A stretch of 61,511 bases of DNA, the filler included, from Pseudomonadota bacterium (lineage in GTDB: Bacteria; Desulfobacterota; Desulfobacteria; Desulfobacterales; JBDRRP01): assembly GCA_043825735.1 (NCBI GenBank). It is 4 parts of 4 records of this genome, joined end to end, with 100 filler letters (N's around TTAATTAATTAA, not from the genome) between each part and the next. Parts side by side here need not be neighbours in the genome. Positions count along the whole stretch, not along the records: positions 58,000 to 61,511 come from JBDRRP010000142.1; 3 more parts are not named here. One strand, 5' to 3'. The notes under the pieces were generated by a model. It was not told the DNA's origin, ran no database searches, and saw only the letters and a program-made list of their open reading frames with translations. The position numbers were made by a program, and so were the translations under genes. Each line of letters opens with the position of its first letter. Position 1 is the first letter of the stretch. This document shows positions 60,199-61,511 of the stretch, piece after piece.

Positions 60199-61447
60199 TG
60201 ATCGGTTGCCGCCAGATAAAAAGGTTCAGCGGGCGCGTACCATGCTCATTCTCAATGCGCCGTTTTTCGGGCGGCTCAATTTGCGCGTTAAGGCTCACCC
60301 GGACCCGACGTGTGAAAAGGCGTGGATTGACGGCCTTACCGTTGGGTACAATCCGGAGTGGGTCAAAGGCTGCACAGTCGACCAGCTCATGGGGGTGTTT
60401 GCAAAGCTCATCATGCACCCGGCCTGCGGGCACCATGTTCGCAGGGAAAGCCGGACACCGAAACGCTGGCAAAAGGCATGCGATCAGGCGATCATTCCGC
60501 TGGTTCTGGAGGCGGGTTTTGAACTCCCCGGCGGATTCGCACCGGATACGGCATTTACGAACATGGCCGCCGAGCGCATTTATTCCATGCTTCCCGAAGA
60601 TGAGGATGAAGGCGGCCAGGGACAGGGGCCGCAGCCCGGCCAAGGAGGGCAAAAAGGGCAGGGTGGTGGTCAGTCTCAGGGTGGTGGTCAACCCGACAAC
60701 GGACCGTGCGGTGATGTGCGGGATCTGCCGCCCGATGCCGATTCGCAGACCGGGACCGGCGCTTCTCAGGGGGCAAAGGAAAAATCTGAAAACGACTGGC
60801 GCCAGGCCTTGCTCAACGCCAGCAAGAGCGGCAAGGGCTGTGGCGATGCCATCGGCACCGTAAAATTCATCATCGATGAGATGCTGAAGGCCAAGGTGAC
60901 GTGGCGCGAGCAGCTCCGGATGTGGATCATCGACCAGGTGAGCAACGACTACAGCATGGCCAGGCCCGATCCGCGGTACATATATCACGGCGTCTATATG
61001 CCAAGTTTGACCGGCGGCGTTGAGCTTTTGAACGCCAGGGGTTACGTCGACGCCTCCGGCAGCGTAAAGAAAGAAGAACTGCAACAGTTTGGCGCAGAGC
61101 TTTCGAGCATTCTGGAGGAATTTCCGCAGGTGGAGCTGGTGGTCAACTATTTTGACACCGTGGTCCGCGTAGACGACGAGCAGCGGTTCAGAAATGATGA
61201 TCTGCCGATTGTTCTGGAGGGCACCGCCCGCGGCGGCACGAAGTTTGTCCCGGTCTTTGAGCACGTTGCAAACTGCGGCGAGCAACCCCGGTTCCTGCTT
61301 ATCTTCTCAGACATGGAATGCTGGGATTTTCCGGAAGCCCCGCCTGACTATCCGGTGCTGTGGGTAAACACCGGCAAAGTGGCGCAGCCGGAAGTGCCGT
61401 TCGGGGAAGTAATAGATTTGGACATCGACGAGGGGAGCGGTTATTGA
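60188..61447 (+). CDS. DUF2201-type protein (peptidase-like N-terminus plus VWA domain)
   Basis: PFFG, AWIDG...YNP, G/Q-rich linker, VDASGS MIDAS, GGTKF.PVF, FSD; start ATG 60188. Confidence 0.85.
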   Translation: MNPDDRLPPDKKVQRARTMLILNAPFFGRLNLRVKAHPDPTCEKAWIDGLTVGYNPEWVKGCTVDQLMGVFAKLIMHPACGHHVRRESRTPKRWQKACDQAIIPLVLEAGFELPGGFAPDTAFTNMAAERIYSMLPEDEDEGGQGQGPQPGQGGQKGQGGGQSQGGGQPDNGPCGDVRDLPPDADSQTGTGASQGAKEKSENDWRQALLNASKSGKGCGDAIGTVKFIIDEMLKAKVTWREQLRMWIIDQVSNDYSMARPDPRYIYHGVYMPSLTGGVELLNARGYVDASGSVKKEELQQFGAELSSILEEFPQVELVVNYFDTVVRVDDEQRFRNDDLPIVLEGTARGGTKFVPVFEHVANCGEQPRFLLIFSDMECWDFPEAPPDYPVLWVNTGKVAQPEVPFGEVIDLDIDEGSGY

Positions 61448-61511
61448 CGACTGAACTGGCGGTCACCAGTGAGCACATGGAAAATCCGTCGATATTTCAT
61501 GCCGGCGACAT

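Overview
The window is four contigs joined by artificial N44-TTAATTAATTAA-N44 linkers (16504-16603, 39722-39821, 57900-57999), so adjacency across those gaps is not biological. Gene content and style suggest a Desulfobacterota (deltaproteobacterial, Desulfosarcina-like) genome; this is an inference. Contig 1 (1-16503): a RAYT-type tyrosine transposase and an IS remnant, then a minus-strand cluster of methanogen-like methanol:corrinoid methyltransferase genes (mtaC, mtaB, ramA-type activase), a hypothetical gene, two V4R-like proteins and two large hybrid histidine kinases (one with a PocR domain). No MtaA/MT2 gene is present. Contig 2 (16604-39721): housekeeping genes (purM, alaC-hom-thrH-hldE-DUF167, initiator tRNA-Met), then an accessory region where a MetF-like gene, AAA-DUF4143 ATPases and toxin-antitoxin modules sit between four different pairs of long direct repeats amid REP/MITE-like elements. 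Contig 3 (39822-57899): an ICE-like backbone (UvrD, PD-(D/E)XK nuclease, annealase-like protein, RadC, excisionase-like HTH) carrying a two-gene CBASS-like system and a type 3 BREX locus with an inserted Schlafen/AlbA gene. Contig 4 (58000-61511): a MoxR-like ATPase / DUF3150-like / DUF2201-VWA module typical of mobile elements. All calls come from motif reading by eye; no database search was run.
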